Positions 9,231 through 19,550 of a stretch of 64,000 nucleotides of DNA are shown here, piece by piece. The DNA is from a virus. The stretch is from IMG/VR virus record IMGVR_UViG_3300047382_000480, positions 1-64,000 of that record; one strand, given 5' to 3'. Under the pieces are notes generated by a model, which saw only the letters and a list, made by a program, of their open reading frames with translations, made no database searches and was not told the origin of the DNA. Positions within the stretch are counted from its first letter, which is position 1. Every line of letters starts with the position of its first letter. Both the position numbers and the translations under genes were made by a program.

Positions 9231-10529
9231 TTATTCACAAAAGTCAACATCTTTTTTACATAGGTTGTAAAAGTTTTTTAGTTCAGGGAAGGTTTCGTGC
9301 CAATCAGTTCCCCTTCTAGAATCGTGTTGGTCAACAAAATCAGCAAAATCTTTACGATGTTTGTCGATGTCGTCACAACTGCTATTTTTTACCCAGTCTA
9401 CGCAAGACTTAAATTTAGAGAATTCATAATCGCTAAATCCTAGTTCTTTCATATACAGCAAGGAATCTTGAGCCATATATTTCAGTTCGTCGTCAGCAAT
9501 TGCAGCCGATAGGTGCACAGGACTCGTCATATGAGGTGTGTCAATTATAACTTGGTCAGGATACTTTAGTTGTAACTCTCGTATTTTCTCTAAGAGTTCG
9601 TTGAAATTGGGGATTGAGAGCAAACAAAACGTAACCATAAACCCTATCTTTTCGCCTGCATCTAGTAACTTATACAAATTACTTTCAAATAGTTCTAGAT
9701 TCAATCCGTGACGTATCCACTCAGCCTGCTTACCCCAAGAATCTATGCTCACATAAACCTTGGAATCCAGACCCTCGCTCGCCTCGATGTATTTGTTAAT
9801 CCTGCGTTCTGAGACACAGAGATTACTATTGACGTGAAATTCAATTGGTTTTGGATTACAGCGTATGTAGTCTATTAGACGATAGACGTGGTCGGATAAG
9901 AATGGTTCGCCACCTGTGACACGCAAAGTATCTAAGTGTTCATATGCTTCAGGGAACCAATCCCAAAACTTTTTTATGTAAGGATTAGTTTCTTCCTCAT
10001 ATAAAGTCCACCCTGCGTCTAAACTATACTGCTTTTTATTATCTTCAGAAAGGTCATAATCACCATGCTCTTTCATTTCGTTAAACCACGCTGAGCTTTT
10101 TTGCGGTGCGCAATAACTACACTTCAATTGACAGCGATTGCTGAAACTCAACTCAAGGTATTTTGGATAAACATTTTCATTCCAAGGGATTTTTGCAGTA
10201 TCATCTATGATGTCTAACGACATTTTCTTTTTCAAAAACATTGTAGTTAGAACTTGCCGTGGAGATGCAATATCACCAGTATCCTCAAGATCCCAGCAAC
10301 GAGAACACTCTGATGGTTTACCGCCTTCCAACATTGTTTTTCGTTGCTGTTTCTTGAAATCCGTATTATGTAGGTCTTGATCTAAATTTAGATTGTGTGG
10401 CGGGCAGTGGTAACAAGACATGTTGATGCCCTCTGCTAGATGCATCTCAGCATGCCACCATTTCAAAATACAAAACCCAGAACCTTTAGAATCGTTCTTG
10501 GATTTTACTACATCAAAAAGACCATCCAT
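9231..10529 (-). CDS. Radical SAM protein (N-terminal twitch-type Cys cluster)
   Basis: CQLKCSYC (CxxxCxxC), TGGEPF, N-terminal C..CYHC..CSRCW. Confidence 0.85.
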   Translation of the reverse strand: MDGLFDVVKSKNDSKGSGFCILKWWHAEMHLAEGINMSCYHCPPHNLNLDQDLHNTDFKKQQRKTMLEGGKPSECSRCWDLEDTGDIASPRQVLTTMFLKKKMSLDIIDDTAKIPWNENVYPKYLELSFSNRCQLKCSYCAPQKSSAWFNEMKEHGDYDLSEDNKKQYSLDAGWTLYEEETNPYIKKFWDWFPEAYEHLDTLRVTGGEPFLSDHVYRLIDYIRCNPKPIEFHVNSNLCVSERRINKYIEASEGLDSKVYVSIDSWGKQAEWIRHGLNLELFESNLYKLLDAGEKIGFMVTFCLLSIPNFNELLEKIRELQLKYPDQVIIDTPHMTSPVHLSAAIADDELKYMAQDSLLYMKELGFSDYEFSKFKSCVDWVKNSSCDDIDKHRKDFADFVDQHDSRRGTDWHETFPELKNFYNLCKKDVDFCE

Positions 10530-11488
10530 TATTTCTTTTTATCAATCAACCATTCTAAATTAGATCTGAAACTTTTTCTTTCAGATGGGTTTAGTGCATC
10601 ACCAGATTCAATCTTATCAACCACGCTCTCATAATCCGACATTATATCTGCAGCATCGTCTACTGCAGAAGGAGGACTTGGATCGGGTTCAATGATTTCT
10701 TCAGCAGTCTCAGTAGAAGTTTCATCGAGAGACATAAACTCAATTCTTTTACCTGTTGCCGAGTTTAGTTGCATATTTGCTGCTACAACAAGAAGAATTG
10801 CCAGTGGGTCAAATACTAATACAAGTAGTATAATAACTGCTCTAACAGCTTGCTCCAGGTTCTCTCGCCCTTTCTCGTATAATAGATCAGCTATATACTT
10901 AATTGGTCCAACTTCTACCTCGAATGCCCTTACCTCAGAAGATAATACAGATCGTTTGTCAAATAGCTTATCATTTTCAACTTCCGCTTCGTCAATGATA
11001 GCACGCATAGCAATACGTTCCTCTGATTGTTCTTTACGAGCATTGAGACCACGTGTAACATATCCCAATTCAGTATATCTGTCAAGTGCTTCGTCAAACC
11101 CATCTAATGTCTTTTGAGCACGAGAGATAGCTTTATCATTTGAAGCGATACGAATGTCAAGTCTTTCTATCTTGGCAGTTGCATCTCCGCTTTCTATTCC
11201 TTGATCAATGTGTGCCTTTGATAGAAATCCAAAGATACCCATAGATGTGATGATAGAAAGTATTGCCACTGCTGGGACAAAGTACAGTTTCATCAATATG
11301 TTGGCTCGCGACCAGTTTTGATATAGCCACGAAGCTGTAACCAGTTTTGCAATTTCAAGGACAACACCCATTGCTAAAATAGACATTGCTGCTGCAGGAA
11401 ATATCGCCATAAGTCCTACAATTGAGAAATAACCAGCCACTGCTGATACACCCAATGCAGATGCGAATAGTAATGCTACATATCCCAT
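10529..11488 (-). CDS. Membrane protein with coiled-coil
   Basis: Three N-terminal TM segments, GIFGFLSKAH, coiled-coil, EVGPIKYIA, VFDPLA TM. Confidence 0.75.
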   Translation of the reverse strand: MGYVALLFASALGVSAVAGYFSIVGLMAIFPAAAMSILAMGVVLEIAKLVTASWLYQNWSRANILMKLYFVPAVAILSIITSMGIFGFLSKAHIDQGIESGDATAKIERLDIRIASNDKAISRAQKTLDGFDEALDRYTELGYVTRGLNARKEQSEERIAMRAIIDEAEVENDKLFDKRSVLSSEVRAFEVEVGPIKYIADLLYEKGRENLEQAVRAVIILLVLVFDPLAILLVVAANMQLNSATGKRIEFMSLDETSTETAEEIIEPDPSPPSAVDDAADIMSDYESVVDKIESGDALNPSERKSFRSNLEWLIDKKK

Positions 11489-11498
11489 AGTTTCTCCT

Positions 11499-12320
11499 TT
11501 AAGGTTTGATTTCTTCCATCATATCGCTGAAAACGGCTGGATCCATCAAAGGTTTCTCTCTCAAGAATTTTTGATATAATTCGTTTTCCTCATCAAATGA
11601 AATATCACCATAATCTGTAACTCCAATCCAATCAGAAATTGTGATATTCTTTTCCCCTTTTACCCTTTGCATTTGAACCCAGTTACTGGCTAGAAGTTGA
11701 AATTCGTCAACAGAAAGTTTTCCTGGATTCTCCTCGTTCTCTGGTTTTAGTTCAGGCATATCAGGTAGTTCCCCGAAATGTAAAACACCAAAGTCAGTTT
11801 TAAGTAATGCAGATAAAAATTTATATTTTACTCTGTCAGTTTCTTCGTGTATTCCACTGAAAACTCTTACTAGTTCTTTGTTTCTTAATTCTTTCACGCT
11901 TTCATCATTCTGGTCTAATTTTGACTTATCGCTGTCAGAGATAAATCCTTCGTGAGAATCAAAATACAATGGTAAATCTTCAAACCTGATTATATGCGTG
12001 ATGGTATCAAAATCTATATTGGATAAAAACGGATGACCATGATACTCAGGGTGTAAACCTAGTCTCTGTCCAGATGCAGCACGCTCAACTGGATCTCGTA
12101 GCACTAGGATATGGGGAATTGAACCAAGATCTTTTTGGTAGTCTCGGTTGTTGAAATCAGAAAACGATTCAAATAATGCTGCGTGAGAACAAGTCCCGCC
12201 AAGAATATCTGACATAATTGTTCTACTGCCAGTGCGACCCATAAACCCTATAATGAATTTATCAGTTCTTATTGCTGTGATAGCATACTTCGAATATTCT
12301 AAAAGGTTTTCGGTTCCCAT
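11499..12320 (-). CDS. Sulfotransferase-like protein
   Basis: GRTGSRT (5'-PSB-like), VLRDPVERAAS (3'-PB-like), IIRFEDL. Confidence 0.5.
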   Translation of the reverse strand: MGTENLLEYSKYAITAIRTDKFIIGFMGRTGSRTIMSDILGGTCSHAALFESFSDFNNRDYQKDLGSIPHILVLRDPVERAASGQRLGLHPEYHGHPFLSNIDFDTITHIIRFEDLPLYFDSHEGFISDSDKSKLDQNDESVKELRNKELVRVFSGIHEETDRVKYKFLSALLKTDFGVLHFGELPDMPELKPENEENPGKLSVDEFQLLASNWVQMQRVKGEKNITISDWIGVTDYGDISFDEENELYQKFLREKPLMDPAVFSDMMEEIKP

Positions 12321-12637
12321 ACTATTCCCTCAAATTCTGCTAATGGCTCTTTGTTCAAACGTATGTTCAACATAGAGTTTAGGCATTTTGGGTCATGCCT
12401 CTGTTGCCATTGCAGCAAAAACTCCTGCATCTTCGCCCAAGATTTCTTGTCGAATTCAGCAATCGTTTCTTTCACTAATTCACCTTCGTATTGTAGCACA
12501 TACTTTGACGAGCCATAATACTTCTCATACAGTTTCTGCGGTTTTCCCGAATAACCTATGTAATAGTCACCATTCGGGAAATATGTGCAGTAAACTCGAT
12601 GAACCTGTTTTTCTTTAGGTTTTCGTTTTTTAGCCAT
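12299..12637 (-). CDS. Small GIY-YIG-like nuclease
   Basis: VYCTY...YYIGYS, YYGSS, conserved E and terminal N; late promoter directly upstream. Confidence 0.55.
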   Translation of the reverse strand: MAKKRKPKEKQVHRVYCTYFPNGDYYIGYSGKPQKLYEKYYGSSKYVLQYEGELVKETIAEFDKKSWAKMQEFLLQWQQRHDPKCLNSMLNIRLNKEPLAEFEGIVWEPKTF

Positions 12638-12641
12638 GCAC

Positions 12642-12649
12642 TATTTATA
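12642..12649 (-). promoter_or_regulatory. T4-type late promoter
   Basis: TATAAATA. Confidence 0.65.
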
Positions 12650-12663
12650 GCGCATTTAACAAC

Positions 12664-13095
12664 CTATATTTGCATATCCAGACGTTCTATCAGGATTTGG
12701 CGATTCTTCAGATGTTCGGCTTCGATGTCATCTTTAGATTGACCATGATAGGCAACGGCAAGATTATCACGAATCATAATATCGTTTACAGTCATTTCCC
12801 TATCTTCTTTCGAATCGTAGACCAAAAACTCCCCGAGTATACGACCGAACTTACCCTTTCCATCCATTCTAGTGCGAAGGGTGCATTTTTCTCCAAGTTT
12901 TTCTTTGAGGAATTCACCTGCCATCTTTCCGAAAACCTTTTCGATAGGATCCCGTGTACGAGACTCAGGGGTGTCAATACCATATAACCGAACACGCTGA
13001 TTAGCAAACACGACACCGAAGCCAAGATCAATATCGACATCCACAGTGTCACCATCAACCACCCTCTTAATCTTTGCAGTATATTCATACATCAA
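12664..13095 (-). CDS. Thermonuclease (SNase-like)
   Basis: RVVDGDTVD, RVRLYGIDTPE, GKFGRILG. Confidence 0.88.
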   Translation of the reverse strand: MMYEYTAKIKRVVDGDTVDVDIDLGFGVVFANQRVRLYGIDTPESRTRDPIEKVFGKMAGEFLKEKLGEKCTLRTRMDGKGKFGRILGEFLVYDSKEDREMTVNDIMIRDNLAVAYHGQSKDDIEAEHLKNRQILIERLDMQI

Positions 13096-13249
13096 ACTCT
13101 TCTCCGTAATCTAATTTTAATTCTTCTTCAAAATCCAACTCTTCACCGCAAAATACGCAGTTTTTTATTGGGTAAAATTGTGTTTCCATTTCGTGTTCAA
13201 CCCAAAAAATTGCATCGCAAGATGAACACTCACATCTAGTCTTATCCAT
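13085..13249 (-). CDS. Small zinc-ribbon protein (54 aa)
   Basis: Manual translation MDKTRCECSSCDAIFWVEHEM...KNCVFCGEELD; CxxC...CxxC; abuts nrdB stop. Confidence 0.7.
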   Translation of the reverse strand: MDKTRCECSSCDAIFWVEHEMETQFYPIKNCVFCGEELDFEEELKLDYGEEFDV

Positions 13250-14236
13250 CTATGCTGCAGACCCCCAAACATCCCCCCAATCACCAGCAAGTGCTCCACG
13301 TGCATAATCCGTAGCACGATTTTCAAAGAAATTTGTGTGAGTTGGTGCGTTTATCATTTCTTCAACCCATAGAAGTGGGTTCTTCTTGACTTTGAAGATG
13401 CCTTTCATACCAAGACTAATCAATCTTCGATCACAGATATATCTGATATACTTTTTGACTTCTTCTGCTGTTAGTTCTTCCATTTCACCCATAGCAAATG
13501 CGAGGTCAATAAATTTGTCTTCAAGTTCTACCATTTTTTCAGCGATAGTGTAGATCTTACCTTTTAGATCGTCATTCCAGATCTCTAAGTTTTCCTCAAC
13601 ATATTGTCTGAACAATTTGATCATTGATTCAGCGTGCATTGTTTCGTCAACAATAGACCATGTAACAATCTGCCCCATGCCTTTCATCTTTCCGTGGCGA
13701 GGGAAGTTTAACAACATAATAAATGACGAGAATAACTGCATACCCTCAGTGAACGCACTAAATGCTGCAATGTTAGTTGCTACAGTTTTCTTATCTTGCG
13801 AGGCACTAGACATTTCCATAAAGTATTCGTGTTTGTCTTTCATTGCCTCATATTCTAAGAACTCGCTATAAGTCGACTCGGGCATACCCAGAGTTTCGAT
13901 TAAATGAGAATATGCAGCAACGTGTAATGCTTCACGTGCAGCAAACCCAGCAAGCATCATACGAACTTCGGGTTGAGGAAAGTGTGGAAGATAATTTGTG
14001 ACGTAACCACCAGCAACGTCAATATCTCCCTGTGTAAAGAAACGAAAGATATTTGTTAGAAACGACTGCTCAGCTTCGCTTAGTTTGTTTTTCCAATCTT
14101 TTACGTCTTCAGCCATAGGAACTTCTGTGTGAAGCCAATGAGATTGTTCGTGTTTTAACCACGCCTCATATGCCCATGGATAATTGAATGGTTTGAAGTA
14201 ATCTCGTTCGTCTTGAAGGTTTAGTTTTTTAGCCAT
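13250..14236 (-). CDS. nrdB: Ribonucleotide reductase class Ia beta subunit
   Basis: FFTQGD, EALHVAAY, EGMQLFSSF, DETMH, NFFE. Confidence 0.95.
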   Translation of the reverse strand: MAKKLNLQDERDYFKPFNYPWAYEAWLKHEQSHWLHTEVPMAEDVKDWKNKLSEAEQSFLTNIFRFFTQGDIDVAGGYVTNYLPHFPQPEVRMMLAGFAAREALHVAAYSHLIETLGMPESTYSEFLEYEAMKDKHEYFMEMSSASQDKKTVATNIAAFSAFTEGMQLFSSFIMLLNFPRHGKMKGMGQIVTWSIVDETMHAESMIKLFRQYVEENLEIWNDDLKGKIYTIAEKMVELEDKFIDLAFAMGEMEELTAEEVKKYIRYICDRRLISLGMKGIFKVKKNPLLWVEEMINAPTHTNFFENRATDYARGALAGDWGDVWGSAA

Positions 14237-14441
14237 TGAAGGTTTCATCCCATTCAGTTAGTGATTGTGAAAGTTCTAATAATTCTGTGTAGCCACCGAT
14301 ATGCTTTTCTCCCGCATAAATTTGTGGGACACTACCAGTTTCTTGATATTCTTCTTGGAATTCTATTTCCATGCCATTTAAAAATTGTTTTGCGTCGTTA
14401 CAGAAACTGCAGTTGTCTCTAGAATATATTTTAACTAGCAT
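14229..14441 (-). CDS. nrdC: Glutaredoxin
   Basis: CSFC, SVPQIY, IGGYTEL. Confidence 0.88.
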   Translation of the reverse strand: MLVKIYSRDNCSFCNDAKQFLNGMEIEFQEEYQETGSVPQIYAGEKHIGGYTELLELSQSLTEWDETFNG

Positions 14442-15037
14442 TAGTTTGTTCCTTTATCTTGTTTATTAATTTGGGTGAATGCCCATTCTCTTTCTTTACA
14501 CCATGGGCAGTATCCACACCTACCCTCATCGAGTTCAGTGCAGCTGTGGGTTATATCCATAATGTCGTCGGCAATACCTAAATCAAAACCTAGCTGAACG
14601 ACCTTATCTTTAGTCATATCAGCAAATGGTTGTCTTACAATGTGTTCGAAAGGAGTATCTTTGGTTCCACCCCTATCATGGTCAGCGTGCATTTCATCAT
14701 AATACGCAGTCATTGCAACATACACTATGTCTGCATATCCCCTTGACAATATTTCAGCAACACCGCTTTTAACATAGTCCGAGGGATTCTCAGAGTCGAC
14801 TTGTCCCACCACAGTAGGATCTGCGTCATAACCTGAGTTCTTCAGGACTTTTTTTGCGTATTTTAATGCGCCATCAATTTTTGGGACAGTGTATGGTTTA
14901 CAGATTTGACCACGTTTCTTACATTCTTCGTAAATTATATGCCAAAGAACAGCACTATCCCAACCACCTGAAACACAAACTGCTATGCGTTTGCCATCAG
15001 GTATATCATCCCTCACACGCGATACAAGTTTCTTCAT
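14441..15037 (-). CDS. QueC-like PP-loop ATPase
   Basis: SGGWDS PP-loop; THSC...CGYCPWC zinc motif. Confidence 0.7.
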   Translation of the reverse strand: MKKLVSRVRDDIPDGKRIAVCVSGGWDSAVLWHIIYEECKKRGQICKPYTVPKIDGALKYAKKVLKNSGYDADPTVVGQVDSENPSDYVKSGVAEILSRGYADIVYVAMTAYYDEMHADHDRGGTKDTPFEHIVRQPFADMTKDKVVQLGFDLGIADDIMDITHSCTELDEGRCGYCPWCKEREWAFTQINKQDKGTN

Positions 15038-16805
15038 CAATTAATGCCTGCATATCAATTTCTTTGATCACGTTTCGCTCAATGCGCTTTGAGACTCTGT
15101 CGGCTTTACCTAGTTTTTCGGATCTACAATAATAAAGAGTTTTTAACCCTTGTTTCCATGCTAAATAATGAATTGCGTGAAGGTATTTGATATTCACGTC
15201 AGGACGGAAGAATAGATTGAGAGACTGGGCTTGGTCAATAAATGCCTGCCTATCTGCTGCATGCTCAATCAACCATCTCTGATCAATTTCCATTGAGGTC
15301 TTGTATATATATTTTTCATCATCTGTAAGACATTTCAAGTGTTGGACTGATCCATCATTTGCAATTATCGACGACCAAGTTTCGTCATAATCCAACTTTT
15401 TGTTTTGATCACATTTATCTTTAATGAGAGCATCAAGATACTTATTTTTGTTAAGAAAAGCTCCCGATAAAGTATCCTGTCTATAGGCATTCGCTCTAAA
15501 AGGTTCAATAGAAGGCGAAGTGTTTCCCATAATAATAGAGGAGGAAGCATTAGGAGCGATAGCCATAACATGACTAAATCGTTTGCCTGTTCCCACAGCG
15601 TCTGGGGCTTCTCCTCTCTGTTTACCCAACTGAATATTTGCTTCATCTAATTTACTCCTAACAAGTCTAAACATACGCATATTCGCACCTTTGGCGACTG
15701 CACTTTCCCAAGCGATACCCTTTCTTTGAAGATATGCGTGAAAACCTAGTGCACCAATACCAATAGAGCGTTCACGAGTCGCACTAAATTTTGCTCGTGA
15801 TACAGAGTCTGGAGCATTGTCGATAAAATATTGTAGCACATTATCAAGCATTTCTGCGGTATCTTTCAAAAACATAGGATCTTTTGACCAAGCATCATAA
15901 TTTTCTAAGTTCACAGAGGAAAGGCAACAAACAGCAGTTCTTTCTTCGCTTGTTGGTAAAATAATCTCTGAACAAAGATTAGACTGATGAATCTTAAGAC
16001 CGAGTTCTTTTTGGAACTCTGGCATTTGGCGATTACTTTGATCGATGAAATGTATGTATGGCTCACCTGTTTCCATTCGTAATTCTAGGATCTTTTGCCA
16101 AAGGTCTTTTGCCGATACTGTTTCTCGTATAGCACCTGAATGCGGATCTAGTAAGTTCCAACCATCATCTGCATCTGGATCTTGCATACAGCGTTCAACA
16201 ACTTCCATGAATCTATCGCTAATATTGATGCCATGATGAAGATTAAGCGCACGCATATTGGGATCGCCAGTCGGCTTACGCATCTCCAAGAACATCATAA
16301 TGTCTGGATGTGATATATCCAAATATGCAGCATAACTTCCACGTCTAGTCTTACCTTGACGATACGCAAGAGAAGAAGCATCATACGTTTTTAGGTGAGG
16401 CATAACACCAGTAGACTTATCGTCGGATGCACGTATACCAAAACCAATACCAACACCACCGCCAAGCATAGATAACCAAGCTGTTTCGCTGAAATTTTGA
16501 ACAAGACCTTCAGCGGTGTCTTCGATATAATTCAAGAAGCAAGAGATAGGCATACCACGCTTTGAACGACCATAAGAAAGGATCGGTGTAGAATACGATA
16601 GCCAATGTTTACTACTATAATCATATAGTCTTTGTGCGTGTTCTGGATTTGACGAGAACGATTTACTCACATATGCAAACCTCTCTTGAGGTGTAGTTTC
16701 TTCGTCTCGCATATAACTTTCTTGAAGACGTTGAAGACCTAATTTATCAAATAAATCGTCACGAGATTCATCAATCTGAATCCCCATATATTCTCGTTTT
16801 GCCAT
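15006..16805 (-). CDS. nrdA: Ribonucleotide reductase class Ia alpha subunit
   Basis: PISCFL, GGGVG, SNLCSEI, IAPNASSS, KTLYY, C-terminal CIACEG. Confidence 0.96.
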   Translation of the reverse strand: MAKREYMGIQIDESRDDLFDKLGLQRLQESYMRDEETTPQERFAYVSKSFSSNPEHAQRLYDYSSKHWLSYSTPILSYGRSKRGMPISCFLNYIEDTAEGLVQNFSETAWLSMLGGGVGIGFGIRASDDKSTGVMPHLKTYDASSLAYRQGKTRRGSYAAYLDISHPDIMMFLEMRKPTGDPNMRALNLHHGINISDRFMEVVERCMQDPDADDGWNLLDPHSGAIRETVSAKDLWQKILELRMETGEPYIHFIDQSNRQMPEFQKELGLKIHQSNLCSEIILPTSEERTAVCCLSSVNLENYDAWSKDPMFLKDTAEMLDNVLQYFIDNAPDSVSRAKFSATRERSIGIGALGFHAYLQRKGIAWESAVAKGANMRMFRLVRSKLDEANIQLGKQRGEAPDAVGTGKRFSHVMAIAPNASSSIIMGNTSPSIEPFRANAYRQDTLSGAFLNKNKYLDALIKDKCDQNKKLDYDETWSSIIANDGSVQHLKCLTDDEKYIYKTSMEIDQRWLIEHAADRQAFIDQAQSLNLFFRPDVNIKYLHAIHYLAWKQGLKTLYYCRSEKLGKADRVSKRIERNVIKEIDMQALIDEETCIACEG

Positions 16806-16833
16806 TTATTTCTCCTGAGGGTAAATCTGTTTA

Positions 16834-17493
16834 TTATTGTTCATCAAGTGCTTGTACGATGTCGGGGAAGTGTTGCCCTATGACATCCCAGCATTGATCA
16901 GCCACAATCATATGCTCTTTTTGCGTTCCATTGGCACGTCTTAGATCACAGTAATGAATCCACGATCGAAGAGAACCAGCCATGTAAAGAGTTGTTTCGG
17001 TAAGACCTTCGGGTAACAATGCTCTTGCTTGCTCTTTGGCGATACCCATTTTAAGTGCAGCCGTATATTCTTTCTTGGCGAAGTTTCTAACTCTTGCTTG
17101 AGATCTCCACCATTCATCGTTTAGATTTTTATCATCTGACACATTTGAATTTTGTCTGTTTTTCTCGTCTTGAGTTCTAGCTTCTCGGACAACGTCAATA
17201 TTTTCGCTGACTGCATATCGCTGAGAAAACTCTTGGAATGAAAAAGAGCGATGACGTAGAATCTGTCGAGCAATATCTCTTGTTGTCTTTATTTCTAACG
17301 TCATGTGAACCATTTCAAATGGAGACCAGTGATTCTCACGCATTAAATAGCGCAATAATCTTGGTGCAGTTTCTTTGTTTGATTGGTTAGTAGGATTACT
17401 GACTCTTGCTGTATATGCAATTAGTTCTGCAGCAGTACTACAATCGGTTGTTGCTGATGGTTTACTCAAAGCAACTAATTTTACTTCACTCAT
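16834..17493 (-). CDS. thyX: Flavin-dependent thymidylate synthase
   Basis: HWSPFE, RQILRHRSFSFQEFSQRY. Confidence 0.95.
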   Translation of the reverse strand: MSEVKLVALSKPSATTDCSTAAELIAYTARVSNPTNQSNKETAPRLLRYLMRENHWSPFEMVHMTLEIKTTRDIARQILRHRSFSFQEFSQRYAVSENIDVVREARTQDEKNRQNSNVSDDKNLNDEWWRSQARVRNFAKKEYTAALKMGIAKEQARALLPEGLTETTLYMAGSLRSWIHYCDLRRANGTQKEHMIVADQCWDVIGQHFPDIVQALDEQ

Positions 17494-18506
17494 ATTTTTC
17501 TCCATAACGAGTATTTTGCCTTTGCGGAAAGACCAGAAAAAGTGTTTTCCATTATTAATTTATACGAGTCAATTCCTTCGTTTTCCATTTCGTTTATATC
17601 TTTACCGCTGATACTATTTGGCCAGATGACTACATTATAACCCAGATTAATGTATTTGTCAAGCAGTTTACAAACTTCTTTGTTACGAGGCTGATTGTCA
17701 AATACAATTGTTGTTTGATCCTTATTCAACCCCAACTCATCAATCTTGTTGAAAGAAGTGCCAGCACAAGCAATAGAGTTGGGGATGAATAAACTGTCAA
17801 GTGGTGCTTCAACGACGATAACTGGCTTGTTCTTATCGACTTTGTCCATACCAAAGACAGTAGGAGCATCCTCGTCTACCTTTACGAGTATGTACCTTAG
17901 AGCCTCTCCTCGCATGCCTCGCAGCGAAACAGCAGTCAACCTACCATACTCATCAATAAATGGTATGGCAAGTCTTGGCTCAGTAGTTTTAATTGATTCT
18001 TTATACTTCGGGTTTAGATTTGCTACGTTCTGGACATTATCCACGAAATATAGTTGATCTAAGGATTCTTTTGGTATACCTCGACCAAGGGCATATTCAA
18101 CTGCCTCGTGATCTCTCGGAAGAATGGATAACTTATCCATCAACTGATCAACGAGAGTCTTTTTCTCAAATTTTGGTTTGAAGTCTATGACCTTCTCAGG
18201 TTTAGAATGCCCCTTACCCTTTCCAGTCTCACCATCAGCAAATCTTTCTAAAACATACTGTTTATACAGGACTGAATCTATTTCTTTAAGAAGTTTGCCG
18301 AAAGAACCAGACCATTGACAGTTATGACATTTATAAAGAAGGTCGTTGTTTCTCTTGAATAGGTATCCACGCATTTTGCGCTTGTTCTTTTGAGAGTCAC
18401 CGCAGATAGGGCAACGGACATTAAAAAGATACTCCCCCTTTCGCTTGAATAACTCGAAGCGAGAGGAAGCCATGTTAAGGTATTTTACATCGACATATAA
18501 AGACAT
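17490..18506 (-). CDS. 61: DNA primase (gp61)
   Basis: RCPICGDS...YKCHNC zinc finger, VEAPLDS, FDNQPRN, KDIN. Confidence 0.95.
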   Translation of the reverse strand: MSLYVDVKYLNMASSRFELFKRKGEYLFNVRCPICGDSQKNKRKMRGYLFKRNNDLLYKCHNCQWSGSFGKLLKEIDSVLYKQYVLERFADGETGKGKGHSKPEKVIDFKPKFEKKTLVDQLMDKLSILPRDHEAVEYALGRGIPKESLDQLYFVDNVQNVANLNPKYKESIKTTEPRLAIPFIDEYGRLTAVSLRGMRGEALRYILVKVDEDAPTVFGMDKVDKNKPVIVVEAPLDSLFIPNSIACAGTSFNKIDELGLNKDQTTIVFDNQPRNKEVCKLLDKYINLGYNVVIWPNSISGKDINEMENEGIDSYKLIMENTFSGLSAKAKYSLWRKI

Positions 18507-18513
18507 AATGCAT

Positions 18514-18542
18514 ATTATGCACTATTTTTGTTGAAAAGGCAA
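18514..18542 (-). promoter_or_regulatory. Sigma70-type promoter, (near-)leaderless for primase
   Basis: TTGCCT-17-CATAAT, 7 nt before ATG. Confidence 0.6.
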
Positions 18543-18550
18543 GGGATATT

Positions 18551-19039
18551 TTAGGAAAAGATTTCAGCGATCCAGTCAAAAGCACCTACGACAAAACCAC
18601 CCACGGCAGCAACACCCATCATAAAGTAACCTCTTTTTTCTAACTCATTTATTCGTTTCTCGAGTTCTTCTTGTTCTTGACGAATATTCTCGTCTCTAAT
18701 CTCAATAGATTGCTTTAAATCGTCAAGAGCATCCATAACTCTGGATGCAAAATCTTGCATATCCTTGGCCATCTCTTTATTTCCTGTGGTGATTCGAGAA
18801 TGAAGTTCTTTTAAATTTTCATCTCTTTCTAATCGCCTTTGCTCAACGAGATGTACTAGATTTTCGTAATCTTTTGCTTGGTCTTCTAGTTGTGAATCGT
18901 GTACTGCTAGCATTTGTTGAATGGCACCTGCTGCATCAGCCATTTTTTCTATCGACTCGTCCAACTTGCCGAACAAATCTTTCATCTGCTCGACTTCGGT
19001 TGATAGAACTGCTATTTTAGTTTCTGGGCTTTGCGTCAC
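18551..19039 (-). CDS. Coiled-coil protein with C-terminal TM
   Basis: 162 aa, heptad pattern, hydrophobic C-terminus. Confidence 0.7.
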   Translation of the reverse strand: MTQSPETKIAVLSTEVEQMKDLFGKLDESIEKMADAAGAIQQMLAVHDSQLEDQAKDYENLVHLVEQRRLERDENLKELHSRITTGNKEMAKDMQDFASRVMDALDDLKQSIEIRDENIRQEQEELEKRINELEKRGYFMMGVAAVGGFVVGAFDWIAEIFS

Positions 19040-19550
19040 GTTTCTTTTTCCTTCTTCTTACGAGAGGCATGACACGTGGATCTCTTCCAGGCTCGCCCTT
19101 TGGTCCAACTCCGATACCATGAACAGCACCGCCACCCGCATTATTTGCAGCGAGGTCTTCTGATACGAAGTTGTTAAATGAAATTAGATTAGAACTCTCT
19201 AATAGTTCCGCTTGTTTTATTACATCATCGTCTTGCATAAAGACTTCAAGTAACGCATCAATATTATCTTCATCATCCTCTCTATACTCTTTTAGTATAG
19301 CCATCGCAGCAGCAAAAGTCAACAATCTTTTTGCGTTGCGATCGGGCGATTTCATAAGAGACTTTTGAACCTTGAACACAAACCGCTGAAGGAGAGAATA
19401 AGAATCAGCTTCTTGTGATGAGACAGGATCTTTTAACTTATTTCCGTCTTTGTCGATTATACCAAGTTTAAACGCATCACTGCGTTCAATTGGAGTTGCC
19501 AACATTCGCAGGAGTCTATATGCTACAACTGTATCTACAAACCTTGACAT
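19017..19550 (-). CDS. Hypothetical T4-like phage protein
   Basis: 177 aa, AFKLGIIDKDG motif, basic C-terminus. Confidence 0.7.
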   Translation of the reverse strand: MSRFVDTVVAYRLLRMLATPIERSDAFKLGIIDKDGNKLKDPVSSQEADSYSLLQRFVFKVQKSLMKSPDRNAKRLLTFAAAMAILKEYREDDEDNIDALLEVFMQDDDVIKQAELLESSNLISFNNFVSEDLAANNAGGGAVHGIGVGPKGEPGRDPRVMPLVRRRKKKRDAKPRN

